A stretch of 64,000 nucleotides of DNA from Octopus vulgaris. Its lineage: Eukaryota. Below the pieces are notes generated by a model, which was not told where the DNA came from, ran no database searches, and was given only the letters and a program-made list of their open reading frames with translations. Position numbers and translations under genes: made by a program. Each line of letters begins with the position of its first letter. Position 1 is the first letter of the stretch. The stretch lies in the NCBI GenBank assembly GCA_951406725.2, contig OX597814.1, positions 44,206,001-44,270,000 on the forward strand, in the 5' to 3' direction. This document shows positions 42,928-57,430 of the stretch, piece by piece.

Positions 42928-43105
42928 AGGTGGTGTGCTGGCAGAATAGTCAGCTTGCCGGACAAAATTATTAGCAGCGTTTCGTACGTCTTTACGTTCT
43001 GAGTTCCAATTCCACCGAGATCGAATTTGAATTTCATTCTTTCGAGGTCGATAATGCAGGTATTAGCGAAATACTGTTAAGCGTTTCATTGTACCAAAGT
43101 TTGAA
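42928..43105 (+). mobile_element. Family A SINE, diverged
   Basis: GGTGGTGTGCTGGCAGAAT...TTACGTTCTGAGTTCCAATTCC. Confidence 0.75.
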
Positions 43106-43284
43106 ACAAATATTTAATGAGAATGCTATACCGCGAAAGTGTTCATGTTATTTCAGAGAAAGGAGTTAATCTTTGTGCGAGAATGGTACTAATAAGCATC
43201 TTCCAGGTGGAATTTCGCCTATATTCCATATTCAGTTGTTTCTAGCACAACGACTATACCTTATATATATATATATATATATAT

Positions 43285-43861
43285 ACAATGGGATTAATCT
43301 CTCTTCGCTCCTTTGCGCCTCATGGGCTCAACTTTCCTCCCCTCGTCATCTAACCCTCATCCCCACTCCAGTGTCACACCTCCCCCACATCCCAACACCA
43401 CCACACCACACTGCACACTAACACACCATACACCACTATACCACACAACAACACATCACATCACACCACCATGCATACTAGCACTGACCACTTCCCAGCC
43501 CCACATCCCCATCCACACACATACACATGCATACACTCACACGTCAAGGTAACCAGCCCTCTTCCACACGCACATACATGCATTTTTATACACACGCACG
43601 CGCAGCTTCGTTTTGGGATCACCACTACTTTATTATCTCCTCTTTTCCTAGCTTTCTTTTGTGACCCTTCTGTCCGGCATTCGCCATGAGAGATCGCTAG
43701 CCACTAAACATTCTTAATTTTCTCTCCTTGTTACTTTATGTGTTCCTTTCTATGGAAGAGCATAGGCTGGAAACGTTAAAGACTTTTTCACTTCCCGAGT
43801 GTTAAACTAAAACATCTGTTTGTTGTCTACACCACCCGTCGTCGTCTTTTTGTGAATTCTC

Positions 43862-43865
<4 letters not shown>
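43285..43865 (+). mobile_element. Penelope-like element 3' end / pseudo-LTR with degenerate hammerhead
   Basis: SLRSFAPHGLN (the typical GIY-YIG C-terminal P.GLN motif), a CA-rich spacer, then CTTT-CTATGGA-AGAGC-ATAG-GCTG-GAAA-CGTT-AAAG at 43746-43781. Confidence 0.65.
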
Positions 43866-43919
<54 letters not shown>

Positions 43920-43944
43920 GTGGGTGTGTGTATGTATCTTTATA

Positions 43945-44300
43945 CCTTTTTGGTTTTTCAGTACCTAGATTGCAGCCAAGCTGGAACACCACTTTGAAGA
44001 ATTTTAGCCGAACAGAAATACTACATTACTTACCTTTTCTTCAGCTTGGAACCTATTGTATCAGTCTCTTTTACTGTACTAACTTAAACACACACGAGCG
44101 ACAGTCATTATGCATTGATGGGAGCAAATACAGATACAAAGACACGCACACATATACAACGGATTCTCTTATGAAATCCAACTATATGGTGTGGTCAACA
44201 CGGGGCAATAGTAGAAGACACTCCCCCTAGGTTATAGGCAATGGAATTGAACCTGAAACCATGTAGTTGGGAAGCAAAGTTCTAATCCCACAGTCCCTTC
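43945..44300 (-). mobile_element. Family B SINE, diverged
   Basis: ATAGTAGAAGACAC...GAATTGAACCTGAAACCATGTAGTTGGGAAGC. Confidence 0.65.
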
Positions 44301-44953
44301 TATATATGTATGCATGAGTATATCTAGTATGTATATATATATATATATATATACACCATGAGAAAAATATATGCTTATCATATTTTATTGAATTATGATA
44401 TATATATATAAAGCTTAAGTACACTCATGACGATAAAGGTGCAATTGTTTATATGCATTAATAATTTTGCTTTATGGCGGATGATAAACAACAAATTCCT
44501 AGTAAACTATTCCAATTGTACTTGAGTAAGGGTATTGAAAAAGAACACCCTCGCCCCCGATTGAGATGGGGAATGAAAGAGTCATTGGAGCGTCAAACGA
44601 AATGCTTTATAGTATTTGCTTCAACTCAGTGAGCACAGAATTCAATCCCAGGCGTGGTTAACTTTGCCTTTCATCCTTTCGAGGTCGATAAAGAACTATT
44701 CGTAGAAAGGGATAGAATAGAATAGCAGAACTGTAAACAGATGATGCCTTCCAGTATCTTTTACGGTTATTTGCATTCCAAGTTTGATTCCTGCCATGGC
44801 CTACAGGTATGGTGGACATAAGGCAACGTCCGATTTAACAGCACCACGTGATACCTTGCATGTCATTACTGGATTCTGCACTCTTATAAGTATTCAAGCA
44901 GATTTCCGGTTTAAGGATACCTTCCTCTTTCTTCATCTTTCTCTCTCTCTCTT

Positions 44954-44990
<37 letters not shown>

Positions 44991-45649
44991 TCCTCTCATC
45001 TCCACCACTTTTGGGAGCCCTTTCACAAATCATAATTACTGCCTACCCTCCTTACCTGAAAAATAAAAAGAATGTAAATGTGTATTAAAATGAAAGCAAA
45101 ATATTGTTCTTCTACAAAACAAAGAATATAACCAAAAAGTTAAATTGCAAATGCTTCCGTAACTTCTTCATTTCATAAAATAGATATACGTTTAGAAAAG
45201 AAAAAAAACAATAACGGGTACCTTCAAAAGTTAACGTTCAAAATCATATTCACATTCACGAAATTATAAATACGGGGAAAATAGCAACATATTATGTAGT
45301 ATTTCGAGTTCCTCCGCAAAACGTAACGGTAATATTTGCATTTATACACAAATGGTAGGCAACACAGCGTATCACCCAAGAGGAACGTATATATCTTACC
45401 CAAACACCAACTGCATCATACTGGGTATCACCTAAATGTAGATTTATTCATTCTGAGAAATGTGATGTGGATATAACAGGGTCATCGAGAGAAAATTTTT
45501 CACACACTTCAACACCAACATTTAAATCCATGAACTGCATAACTTTAATTATACATTTATTAATATATACATAAATATACTAATTGTTTTTTTTTTCAAT
45601 TTTGCAAATGTTATATGATATGTCTGAAGTTAAGTTTTCTACCGGTCTA

Positions 45650-45835
45650 AGGTGGTAAGCTGGCAGAATGTTTAACACTCAGCGGTATGTTTTGAGTTCA
45701 AATTCCACCGAGGTCGACTTTGCCTTTCATGTTTACGGAGTCGATAAAATAAGTATCAGTTGGGTACTGGGGTTGATGTAATCGTCTTTTCTTCTCTCCC
45801 AAATATGCTGGTCCCATGCCAAAATTTTAAACCAA
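45650..45835 (+). mobile_element. Family A SINE
   Basis: GGTGGTAAGCTGGCAGAAT...GAGTTCAAATTCCACCGAGGTCGACTTTGCCTTTCAT. Confidence 0.8.
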
Positions 45836-46059
45836 TATTTTTATCCATCGTTGGTTTGAAACTCATTTAAAGTCTAGAAGATGACTTTTTGACACATTTT
45901 GTTCATTTGTTTTTTTTCTCAGTGAGTCAAAGAAAGAGAGAGAGAGAGAGAATTAGACGTTAAGCTTACTGAATGAAGCTTTGCAGGCATAGCTTCCAAA
46001 ATCTGGAGAGATACTTATATTTATGTAACAACGTTTTCTAACCAGTACTCGTCTCTCAA

Positions 46060-46720
46060 ATTTTATCCGAAACCATCATAGTTCTCTTAATCCATTTTAA
46101 TATTCCATTTGCATTTACACCAGCAGTGTAAATTTCAGAAAAATAGCATGCAGTCTGTGATGAAATGATTTTCCCATAATTACAGAGGAATGAAACATAA
46201 CAGGAATTTTCTTCGCAAATTTTCTTGGTAGAGCACCATTGGCAGAATCGACAATAACATAAAAAGCAAATGTCTGAAATAACGACTCTGCCGCATATAT
46301 GTCAGGTTCTCTGGCCTGGCATTCATCACTTGAATGGTTCTCATGAAATGATTTCTTTAGCGTTATCCCATATGCTTTTATTAATTTCAAATTGCAATTT
46401 ATTAGCGGCATTCTTTCATTCTGTCAGTAGCTTCCAATTGATCCCGCAATTTGTGCAGATTTTCGATAAGCGTTTCATTGTTATCCACTTCAGCATTTCT
46501 TGCCTTTAATAGCTTGTTGTACATATTAATGGGAGAAAGAAAATCGAAAAAGGTCGATGGCATGACCATGCATCTGAAGGAAGTTCTGAGTATAATATAC
46601 TCTGATATTTCTCGTCTGAATTTTAGGCATCAGACTGAAATTCAAAATATCTTACTCAACCAATTTCATGGAACTCATATTTGCTGCAAACAATTTTACA
46701 CTATGCTTTCTTATTGACTC
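46060..46720 (-). mobile_element. hAT transposase remnant (ZMYM1-like type)
   Basis: KKSFHENHSSDE...AAESLFQTFAFYVIVDSA resembles the KKxFDE..SDE...F....F..IVD region of hAT transposases. Confidence 0.5.
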
Positions 46721-46899
46721 CTTGATAGTTGACATACAGCACAATGATTGGCAGCTTATGTATGTCAGAGAAATATTTACTATTAACGTGATTCCGTAAC
46801 ACTAATGTGCCAGGCAGATATAGAATAAATTAACGAATTAGTTAGATGGTGGCTCGTCCTGAAAAGAGATGAGATTAGAACCGACAATATATAGTAACC

Positions 46900-48790
46900 A
46901 CTAGCAACTAGAGAGGAGCCCTACTTAAAAAAAGATATAAGTTGTGTTTAGAAAAGGCATCACGATCGATGTGTTCGGAGTCATGGTAGTGGAGGGTAAA
47001 ACGCCAAGAAAGTCAAGTTCGGTTTTTGGCGAACTGTGATGAACGTATTTTACTCGATTCTGACCCGATTTTACCCCTTTCTAGCGGCAGCACGTTTGCC
47101 TGTGCGGGGCGAGTGGCAGACCCGATTGCAGGATAGATTTTAGTGCCCGCCTTGATGGATTCATTTCTCGGTAATAATGTTGGAGTGTTGCGAAAGGCTG
47201 ATAATTTTCAATGAAATATGGAAAACAATTGTTAACTGGAAGTGAGCTAAATCGCTTCTTTGGATGTCCTTTCCCTACGGAATTTACGCTTACATACCAG
47301 ACTTGTCCGGTGAACAATCTCCAGATGTCTACATCAACTGGCAGCAGATCGTGAAAATTCCTATTTTTGTCAGCTGACGAATTGTGACACTGCTTCGAAA
47401 GGACCCGAATAAGATGGATAACATTGAAAATTTCCGACCCATTACTCATGACAGATTTCAAAATTTGGGCTAAGATGGTACCGAACAGATTCGCTCTTGT
47501 CTTCGGTGGCCCTGGCCCATAATGCGCTAACATGTTCCATCTTGAAGTCAGCTATCTGCGACTACTTCCTTTTCATGCGATACATCTCAGGGAAGATAGG
47601 TAAAGAAATAGTCAAAAGCCTTCAATAGGACCGTCCACCAATATATGGCGGTTGTCCTCACGTAAACCCATTTCGATTCTGTTTTCAGGGGATGAGCCAT
47701 CGCAGTGTTTAGCGACACTACTCGATTGTCAGAGTAAAAGACTACCTAATTCAGTATCATGTGCTTAGTATGACCAACTACTACTTCTCATCCTCTCAAC
47801 ATAAACTGAAACAAGAATAATTATTGTGGTTATTAGAACTTTGATAGACAACATGAAGTTCTGCGTTAGCATATGCGGATGTTCACCAAGCAGGCTGAAA
47901 TGAATGACACCTCACTAATCCACATCGAATGAAAGTGGACCACGATAAACCAGTGGTCCTTCAAGTAAGCATCTGAAAAAGCAGGTCCGTGACAATCAGT
48001 AATGTTGTGTGGCGCTGGACGGATAAATGGGTAAAAAAGTAAGGGATCTACTTCCATCCAGATCATTAGGTAGTTAAGAACTAGTCAAATGATGAACAGA
48101 GTCGCTATTTTAAACCAGAAATTAGCTACGAATAAAGCAACCACTGAAAGGTCGGGAAGAGGTCAAGAATTTCGTCATTGCTTTTCTCATCTATTACCGT
48201 CTGATCTTCGCACCTTACCCAGCTTCGTGTCAGATGAAATTGGAGTAGACGGCGGAAATTCCATATAAGCATTCTATATAAGGCACAAATGTGCCTCAGC
48301 CGATCTGTTCCGAGATGTGCACGAGAATGAAAAACTTCTGTACACACACTATATTGCCCGAACATTTCTATCTTTGTGTTGAACGATTACTATGACTTAT
48401 GATCCGATCATTATCAGAGTCCATTGTGAAGACTGTCGCGGCGTCTTGCTTTGACTGCGAAGGATAGGAAATTCTTACCTTTGTATAGCCAAAGAGTTTG
48501 TGTAGTCAACAAGAGTGAGTGTGCAAGACAGGAGACTTTACCGAAAAATTTTTGAAACACTGATGAGCTTCGTACATGGGACACTTGAGCCACCCGACTC
48601 ACAGCGTCCACTTTTGGAACTGGAAAAATATCACTAAGAGATGGTACCTGCCCCGGAGTTGAGATTGATTCTTTTTAAATAATTTATGGGGTAAGGTACT
48701 ACAGGGAGACCTTAGAGACCACCCACTTTTCTGGCAATTTTCTTTGTTGAGATATGTTTGTTGAACTTTGTTTAATTTTTTTTTAATAAT
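46900..48790 (+). mobile_element. L1/Tx1-clade LINE ORF2 remnant
   Basis: Manual translation VYINWQQ..KIP, IVTLLRKDPNKMDNIENFRPIT, DFKIWAK and SKAFNR.VHQYM, with many stops and indels. Confidence 0.8.
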
Positions 48791-48859
48791 CCTCTCTCTC
48801 TCGGTTTTTGCTCCTCTATATTTGAGTTCCTGTAGCTAGTAAATAAATGCAACAGCGAC

Positions 48860-49134
<275 letters not shown>

Positions 49135-50294
49135 AGACTCACAAGTGCCATCAATGACCAATCATTCTACTGATTCTCACGGACTAGAGAATTGATGAAA
49201 AAATGTTTTATTCTCTTATTTGCTATAATTATGCAATGTACTTAGCTTAAACATCAGGTTGAAATAAATGCACTGATTAGGGATTTATATGCAGCGTAAA
49301 ACGCGAGTAATTTTTTTTTTATTACATTTAATTCTCCTTCATTCATTATACGGGTATTAGACTAATAAATCGAAATTAGATAAATATGGATTTCGATTTG
49401 AGGTTAGGAAATATTCGTTTTAGAATGAGTCTTTCTTGTCTGTCGGTGATAGAATGAATTTATTATACGTAACCACTATGGAAAGATAGGCGTAAACTAT
49501 TTGTCTAGATTAACGCACGAAACATATAGTTCGTAAAAAGGAACCCACGGAACGTCAGTCTGTCTTTGTTTTGTAGCAATTGTTATCCACCACTGACACT
49601 TGCTGAGATGATATCAAGAGTTTCGTGCAAACACCAGGGGCGACAAACTGACGAATCACAGCGTAATTGTAGGTAGAAAACACGTTTATTCCTTGCTTTT
49701 TGCTATCATTTCAAATATATTTGTTTTCTACTGGTAACTTTCGGAGAACTATAATAAATAATTTTATACTACTTTGCAAGTTGTAGAACACTTCTATGAA
49801 TACCCGTGGGGAATATAATATTTCTGTATCAAATTTTGAATACTATATTCTATATGCAGTTATTTTTCATGTTCTTGTCTAGCTTTTCCGTTTCACATAA
49901 CTACCGGTTAGCAATATAAGTGTAACGTATTGCCGAATCACCTTTAATATAAATAGTTATGGCTTCAATTTAGGCATTTAGCTCTCTTTATAGCATTCTT
50001 ATAATTCATATTTAAAATCTCGTCTCAGCATTTCCATTCAAATATATCACTGCGCGTTCTATTCAATTATTCATAGTTTTGCTGTACGTATTGTTTTCGG
50101 CACAGTTCTTTTAAATAAGTATCTTCATTAAACATTGTTTTAATTTTTTTTTCAAGATGCCGTTTCGCAACTATTTCTAAATCACATTTCCTATCAATTC
50201 CTAAAATGGTTTCGAATAGTGTTTTATGTACCTATGCATCTAGTTGTTAGTACCTGAAGCAAATAAATTAATGTCTCTCTCTTTCTCTATTTTC

Positions 50295-50508
50295 TCTCTT
50301 TTACTTGTTTCAGTCATTTGGCTGCGACCATGCTGGAGCACCGCCTTTAATCGAGAAACTCGACCCCGGGACTTATTCTTTTGTAAGCCCAGTACTTATT
50401 CTATCGGTCACTTTTGCCAAACCGCTCAGTAACAGGGACATAAACACACCAGCATCGGTTGTCAAGCAATGCTAGGGGGACAAACACAGACACACATACA
50501 CACACACA

Positions 50509-50579
<71 letters not shown>

Positions 50580-50753
50580 ATATATATATACGACGGGCTT
50601 CTTTTCAGTTTCCGTCTACCAAATCCACTCACAAGGCTTTGGTCGGCCCGAGGCTATAGTAGAAGATAGTTGCCCAAGGTGCCACGCAGTGGGACTGAAC
50701 CCGGAACCAAGTGGTTGGTAAACAAGCTACTTACCACAGGCACTCCTGCGCCT
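50295..50753 (-). mobile_element. Family B SINE, young copy
   Basis: Near-colinear with 35510-35930. Confidence 0.9.
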
Positions 50754-51143
50754 ATGATAATTATTATAAGTATTGATAATATTATCCATAATTTCATCTT
50801 TACTTGCAAGTTATAGTTCAATTCCAAAGAGAATTAGCTATATCTTCTAAGATATGCATATAAATGCAGAAGATGATCTTAAATATATATAAATAAAGAA
50901 AACTCCAATCATAACTTAATAAATTGTCAATGGAGGGCATGCATACCATTATTTCGTGTTAACACGGGTGTTTAAACTTAATGAGAATGTTCAAGTTTAA
51001 TATAGTTAAAGTTATTATTTTTCCTTGACATTACACGAAAAATCTACGTTAGTCATTTACTAGAAATATTTCGCTATTATTTCTTTTTGTCTTATTTTAT
51101 GCCGACTTCACTCTTATTTGTTTTCTGGAAGCGACCAAGGAGA

Positions 51144-51410
51144 CGTCATCATCATCATTTAACGTCCGTTTTCTATGGTGGCATGAGTTGGAAGGTTTGT
51201 CTGAAAACTGGTAAGTTGGGGAGTTGCACCAGGTGTCAGTCTGGTTTAGCAAAGTTTCTACAGCCAACCACTCCAAGACTTTTGCAGGTGCTTCTTACGT
51301 GCCACTGGCACGGGTGCCAGTTACAGAACACTGGCATCGGCCACGACTAAGATGTCACTTGGCTTCAAAGGTCTTCTTAAGCATGGTATATTGCCAGAGG
51401 TCTCGGCCAT
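51144..51410 (-). mobile_element. RTE-type 3' tail (LINE end or dependent SINE)
   Basis: Minus strand ends ...AAAACGGACGTTAAATGATGATGATGA, a short (TGA)n tail. Confidence 0.5.
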
Positions 51411-51698
51411 TTGTTTAGTTAATTCAAAAGTCTAAACGGGAAATATTATTTCTTGCTTTTCTTTTTGTTTGTTTGCTTGTTTAATTAATATTTTGATCTT
51501 TCTGTTCCAGTTAAAACAAAACCCAGTTTTTTTAGTTTTTAAAACCAAAAGAAAGACAATCTCAATCTCAAAAATATATCAACAATATTCTTTCTTTAAT
51601 TTTGAAAATTGAATTAGATTCTGCTTCCTTAGATTTACAATCTTTCTGAATTTCAGTTTTCTAAAATTTGGTTTAATATGACTAAAACTTTTCTATTG

Positions 51699-52119
51699 TC
51701 ATAACTTTTTCTCTTCATTTTCTTCTCTTATTTGTTGTTTGTAAAATGTTCATCGCTGCTTTGTCTTTCTTTAATTTCAATATCAGTCAACCAGCCACCT
51801 TTCATCGGTATTTTCACGAGTAGCTCAGCAATAAAGAATTGTTTGTCTTAAGGACCACAGACAGGAATTACATCTTTGCACCCTGGGCACAAAGAGCATT
51901 CTTCTCAGTGTCACAAAGATCAATGCTTTTCACTACACTTGGTTGACCAAGATATTTTTCAATCGGAGAATAGTTGCGTACAAGAGGCACTGATTCAATG
52001 AAATATTTCGCCTGTTTGAATTTATTTTTTAACTTCATGGTAAAATATCCAACACCTCCAATGGAAATGAACCCTCCAACAATAGCAATGTTTCATAGAA
52101 TATGGAATGGGATTGGCAT
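51699..52119 (-). pseudogene. COA1: Intronless pseudogene of a cytochrome c oxidase assembly factor 1 (COA1)-like gene
   Basis: Manual translation MPIPFHIL*NIAIVGGFISIGGVGYFTMKLKNKFKQAKYFIESVPLVRNYSPIEKYLGQPSVVKSIDLCDTEKNALCAQGAKM/IPVCGP*DK/ILYC*ATRENTDERWLVD/DIEIK. It matches the Coa1 layout (TM helix, YY..AL..L....LG.P, IPV.G.K..G.LY, W..D). Several stops and frameshifts. Confidence 0.8.
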
Positions 52120-52549
52120 GACTCATTTTGTCTTTTTTGATACTCACGTCTTACCTAGTCACTAAAGGATATATTTGAATATTTTGTCGTTTGGATTTTT
52201 GACCATGAAATAGGCTTTTATGTCTATTCCAAACCATTCTGTCAAATATTTTGGAATTATTTTTAAATGCTCATTTTAACTCTTATATCGGCCATATTTT
52301 TTCTTAAGTAAATACTTTTGATACCACTATGCAAATGAAAAACATATCTCTACTCCTTTTAGCAAGGAAGGAGGAAATATATTTGCAGATACATTACAAG
52401 ACAGCACCAACTCAAAAAGTCGTAGTTTCTTTTGGTGCATTTCGGAATCATCAGGAGAAATAGTACTTGGTTTACCAAGTCCTGATACAAGGTCAGGGGT
52501 TTTCCACACTTTGCACCCTACAATGTCCCAGTTACAGAAGGCATGTATA

Positions 52550-52860
52550 AATGCACATTTTCGGGGATCAGTGTGCGAAACGAGCTATTAGCTAAATGAA
52601 TTAAGGCCAATACATCTAAGATGTATTCGAACGATGTTTACTCCTTTTTTCGATAGACCAGGATCGTGTTGTGCAGCGGTGCCGTTCCAAACCTGCATGT
52701 ACCTAAAAGTAACTAGGATATACCAAGCTTCGGATGGAGATCGGTAGTATTATATTTTAGCTTCAGTAGAGCAGGTTGAAATTTCAGTGATAGTTGTTTA
52801 TGCTTTTACAAGGGTTGCTTGGTTGGTCTTCTTCAATATTGGGAGTGAGTTAGGAAACTG
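52550..52860 (+). mobile_element. Possible old L1/Tx1 endonuclease remnant
   Basis: SDGDR*YYILASV...VIVVYAF resembles the APE motif D..GR.I...VYAP. Confidence 0.3.
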
Positions 52861-55183
52861 ACTTCATTCTTGTCAGTGGAAGAATAGAATACAATTTTGG
52901 GTGTACACAAGTATTGCTTGAGGTGTAAAATTTGTGTCTACCTGCTCAGGCACTTTAAGTTGTCTAATATGTATTGCTTAAATTTACAATATACCATAAT
53001 ACAGACACGGTCACAGCACAACATGACATACACATCATACTTAGACAGGCTTTTCAGTAAATCAACCAACTGGATTAGTGCAAGGTTTCCATATTTTCGT
53101 GTAATTTGGACACCAGACCACGAATTTGTGATGCGCACAGTAAAATGAAACAACGCTGTAAAAAAATGTTCTGAATAGAGAAAAACGGATGCAAATATGC
53201 AAATTTCCCGATGCAAAAAGATTTCAAAGAGTGGGTTAGAAGATTAGTTAACGTTATATGAATGCTCCAATTATGAATATCCAAATTTTAATTCATACTG
53301 AAAATGAATGCAGTTCAGATTTCGACTGCATTCACTGTTATAAATATGTTATGTTTTTCTGCCACTTTACAGGCATTCAAACAGATTAATATATGCTTAT
53401 ATTACCATAGTCTTGATATTAAAGTGCAGTCATATTACCCAATGGTTATAGGTGCCTACATAGTCATATATGTTAATGTATTTTGCCTTTTCAAGCACTA
53501 CGTATTCACAAATTAATCTCAGCGCCTTATTTTTTTTGTAGATTTTTCGGAGTTGGGATAGGCCCTATGTGGTTAAAATGATACCTCCCATTACCTTTTA
53601 ATTCAGGAATTTTTAACCAGTGTTGATATACCACTGCTAGTAGTACATTTAGTTTTACTGATTCTCTTACAATATTAATTCAGACCCTACATATTTCAGT
53701 CGAATAATTATTATGATGATAAAAAAAATAGAACTCTTTTCTTTTTCTAGATAAGTAAATTTGAAGCACGTTCAAGCGATGAGAGAGTATAACCTGATGG
53801 GTGATATTGGCATTCAGAATACTTGGTTGTTGAAAGCTGAATGACATACGCTAGATTAACAGCGAGAATGGGAGACAGAATGTGTGAGAAAAACAGAGAG
53901 GAAACAAACAATTATTAATACCAATATTACAGATATTGAAATATATTTGATATATTTAGTACAGCTGTGAGGGTAGGGGGAACAAAAGTAGATAAGTTTG
54001 AGAGATATTCAGAACAGGGTGGTGAGTAAATATTTGTAAAAAGGAAAGAGAAAGAACGGTTCATTACGGAGTCAATCAGTGAAAATATACACAATTGTAA
54101 TCACTCACACGAAAGTAGCAACGCAGAGTGGAAAACAGCACATGACGTATAGGTGAGCGACTGATAAGTAAATGCATAGATATATAAATATATTTAATAC
54201 CTTTACATAAAAATACATATGAATTTGTATATATACATCACGGTTCAATTTATTCATATAACTGGCATCCATGCAAAGTATGTGAAACAGAAGAATATGC
54301 ACATAGAAATATAAAGAGAAAATAGGATTAAATACTTCTCACAATTCTGCTGACTATGAAAATTATTCAGCCAAGGCTGACTTCTCATCCAAACACGAAG
54401 AAGCGTAGTACTTGTTTATAGTCGCTAAACATCAATATTTGACTTCTATCCTTGACGAAATATTCCATAAGATCCATGAAATATGAAGAAGCCGGGAACA
54501 ATAACAATTTACGCATGCGTAACGAACCAGGATCCCATATCCACACGTGTACAGTTTTCAAATTCACTGCAACTTTGCGACTAAGTGGATTCCACAATCA
54601 ATGGCTTCGTTCTATGCATTGATACATTTTTCTTTGCATCTATACTTAGATGCATACTTTCATAAGTTCACACTTTAATATCCTTCACTCATTATTCTGT
54701 AGAAAAAGACGGCCGGTACCTTCGGAATATAATTTTTAGTTAAATCAGTTGGTTTGTAGATTGTCAAAATATATGAGAATAAAAGGCACCAAAAGGATGG
54801 TAAAGACAGAAGTGATCAAAGTAAGTTCACTCTTTATATATAGCCGTGCTCTTTTACACAGAAGTTCTGCAGAAAGTTTCCAAACATCAAAAACATAAAT
54901 GCAAGTAGATCTGTAAATGTGCACTCCAATCTCTCAAATTACAATTGAAATAGAATAAAATATAATAATAAGTAATTTACATTAGCTTTTCTGGTGTAAT
55001 GCGTGAAGCTGATAACTCGATGAATCTAGTAAAAAATCAAGTTTAGAATAATAAGTTATTGGCATATTACACTTAAAACGAACTTATATATACTCTAATA
55101 TCGAACGGTGGGAATGGATGCCCAACACTACATTGATGGACAAATATTCTTTATTTCCTTATGTATGTATGTATGTATGTATG

Positions 55184-55214
<31 letters not shown>

Positions 55215-55738
55215 TATTATGAATAAAAAAACATTTCCAATACTGTAAACATTATCGGTCGCACATACATAGTATGTTGTGTGAATACGCCAAATTTGAT
55301 GTGGGTTAGCACCCAGAGGAATTCCCCAACAGTTAAAGAACATTTTGATGTCTACGGACCTGGTGAGACCACTCGCTTCGGAATCAGTAGCATGGTAGAT
55401 ACTGATATTATGCCATTATCGTAGCTTATCAATACCATAAACTCGGATCATCTTCAGTCAAAGTGACTCGCAAGTTTGTGATTATATATAAAAGAAGGAA
55501 TTATATTTGCTAATGTCTCGCCTGATTTGTGGCATTCAGATGTTCTTTAGCACTCAGCATCATGTAGGGAGCTTTCTCTGGACGGTATCCCACAGCAAAC
55601 TTGGCGTATATACGGATCACATTTACTATGGATGGGCGACCGATAATATATAAAAATATATACTATCGATCACGAATACATTGTATATACTTTGTTTAAA
55701 CGCCGCGTTTGCTGTATATACGTATATATGTATGAATG

Positions 55739-55818
<80 letters not shown>

Positions 55819-56230
55819 TATATACAGCCATGTAGTAGGAATGCAAGAATGGCAATTTTCACATCTCCGTAGATTACAAACAATGGACAATGTTAATGAA
55901 TTTTGGAATTTTATTGAGTTCACGTCAGAGGTGCCTACCCCATTTGACAAATCCCAGAGAAATAAACATCCGATATGTTTATATGCTCAACAAATCCAGT
56001 AACAACAGAGAACTGAAATTATTAATTTGAACACCACAAGTGTTTAACAGTTTATTTAATAAGAGCTGCCTGTCAACGGGGATCTGAGTCCACACAGCAT
56101 CGACGTACTATATAATATCATATGTTGAAACCTACATAGCTGAAGTGCAAGCAGGCCATTTTTAATCATATTTTTCGTAGATAGAAAAACGAAATGATGA
56201 ACAGTATCAATCGATTTTCGAACGCACATA

Positions 56231-56285
<55 letters not shown>

Positions 56286-56293
<8 letters not shown>

Positions 56294-56405
56294 AAAGGGC
56301 TTAGTAAAATAAATTACTTTGCCGCATATTGAACTCATTAGAAATAGCAGCTATGAGTTCAGTATGCGGCAAAGTAATTTATTTTACTAAGCCCTTTTAT
56401 ATAAT
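56286..56405. repeat. 53-bp near-perfect inverted repeat with a 14-nt spacer
   Basis: 56286-56338 versus 56353-56405, one mismatch. Confidence 0.95.
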
Positions 56406-56527
56406 GTAATAATTTGAATTCGCCTTAAATGGTCCCTTTGCATACTGAACACTTGGTGAAATTGATTAATAATTAATTAATTTTACCCTCAATTGTTGAA
56501 ATATATATATATATATATACATATATG

Positions 56528-57000
<473 letters not shown>

Positions 57001-57004
57001 TACC

Positions 57005-57384
57005 TATGCACATATGTATACATATATACACACGCATACAAACATATATACAAATACATACACACATACATACACACACATATATATATATATACATATA
57101 TATATACACTTACACATACATATACATATACACACATACACATACATACGTATACATACACACACTCACATGCATACACGTATACACACATGTGTGTACA
57201 CATGTATATATACACACACGACCACACATACATATACACACAGAAAAATATATATATACACATACACACACATACTCACATACACGCATACACACACAAA
57301 TCCACACACACACATGCACACACAGCACACTAGTCCCTATATACACATATATACACATACACACATATATACACACACATACAT

Positions 57385-57430
<46 letters not shown>

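Noticed and set aside
49579-49672. Possible host exon (TTTTGTAG acceptor, open frame NCYPPLTLAEMISRV...) and a CTCF-like CACCAGGGGCG motif
   Set aside because: Weak donor, no recognisable homology and no partner exons; expected by chance in 64 kb.
54330-56120. Moderately complex non-repetitive blocks as coding exons
   Set aside because: No convincing open frame or motif found by eye; probably old TE debris, left unassigned.
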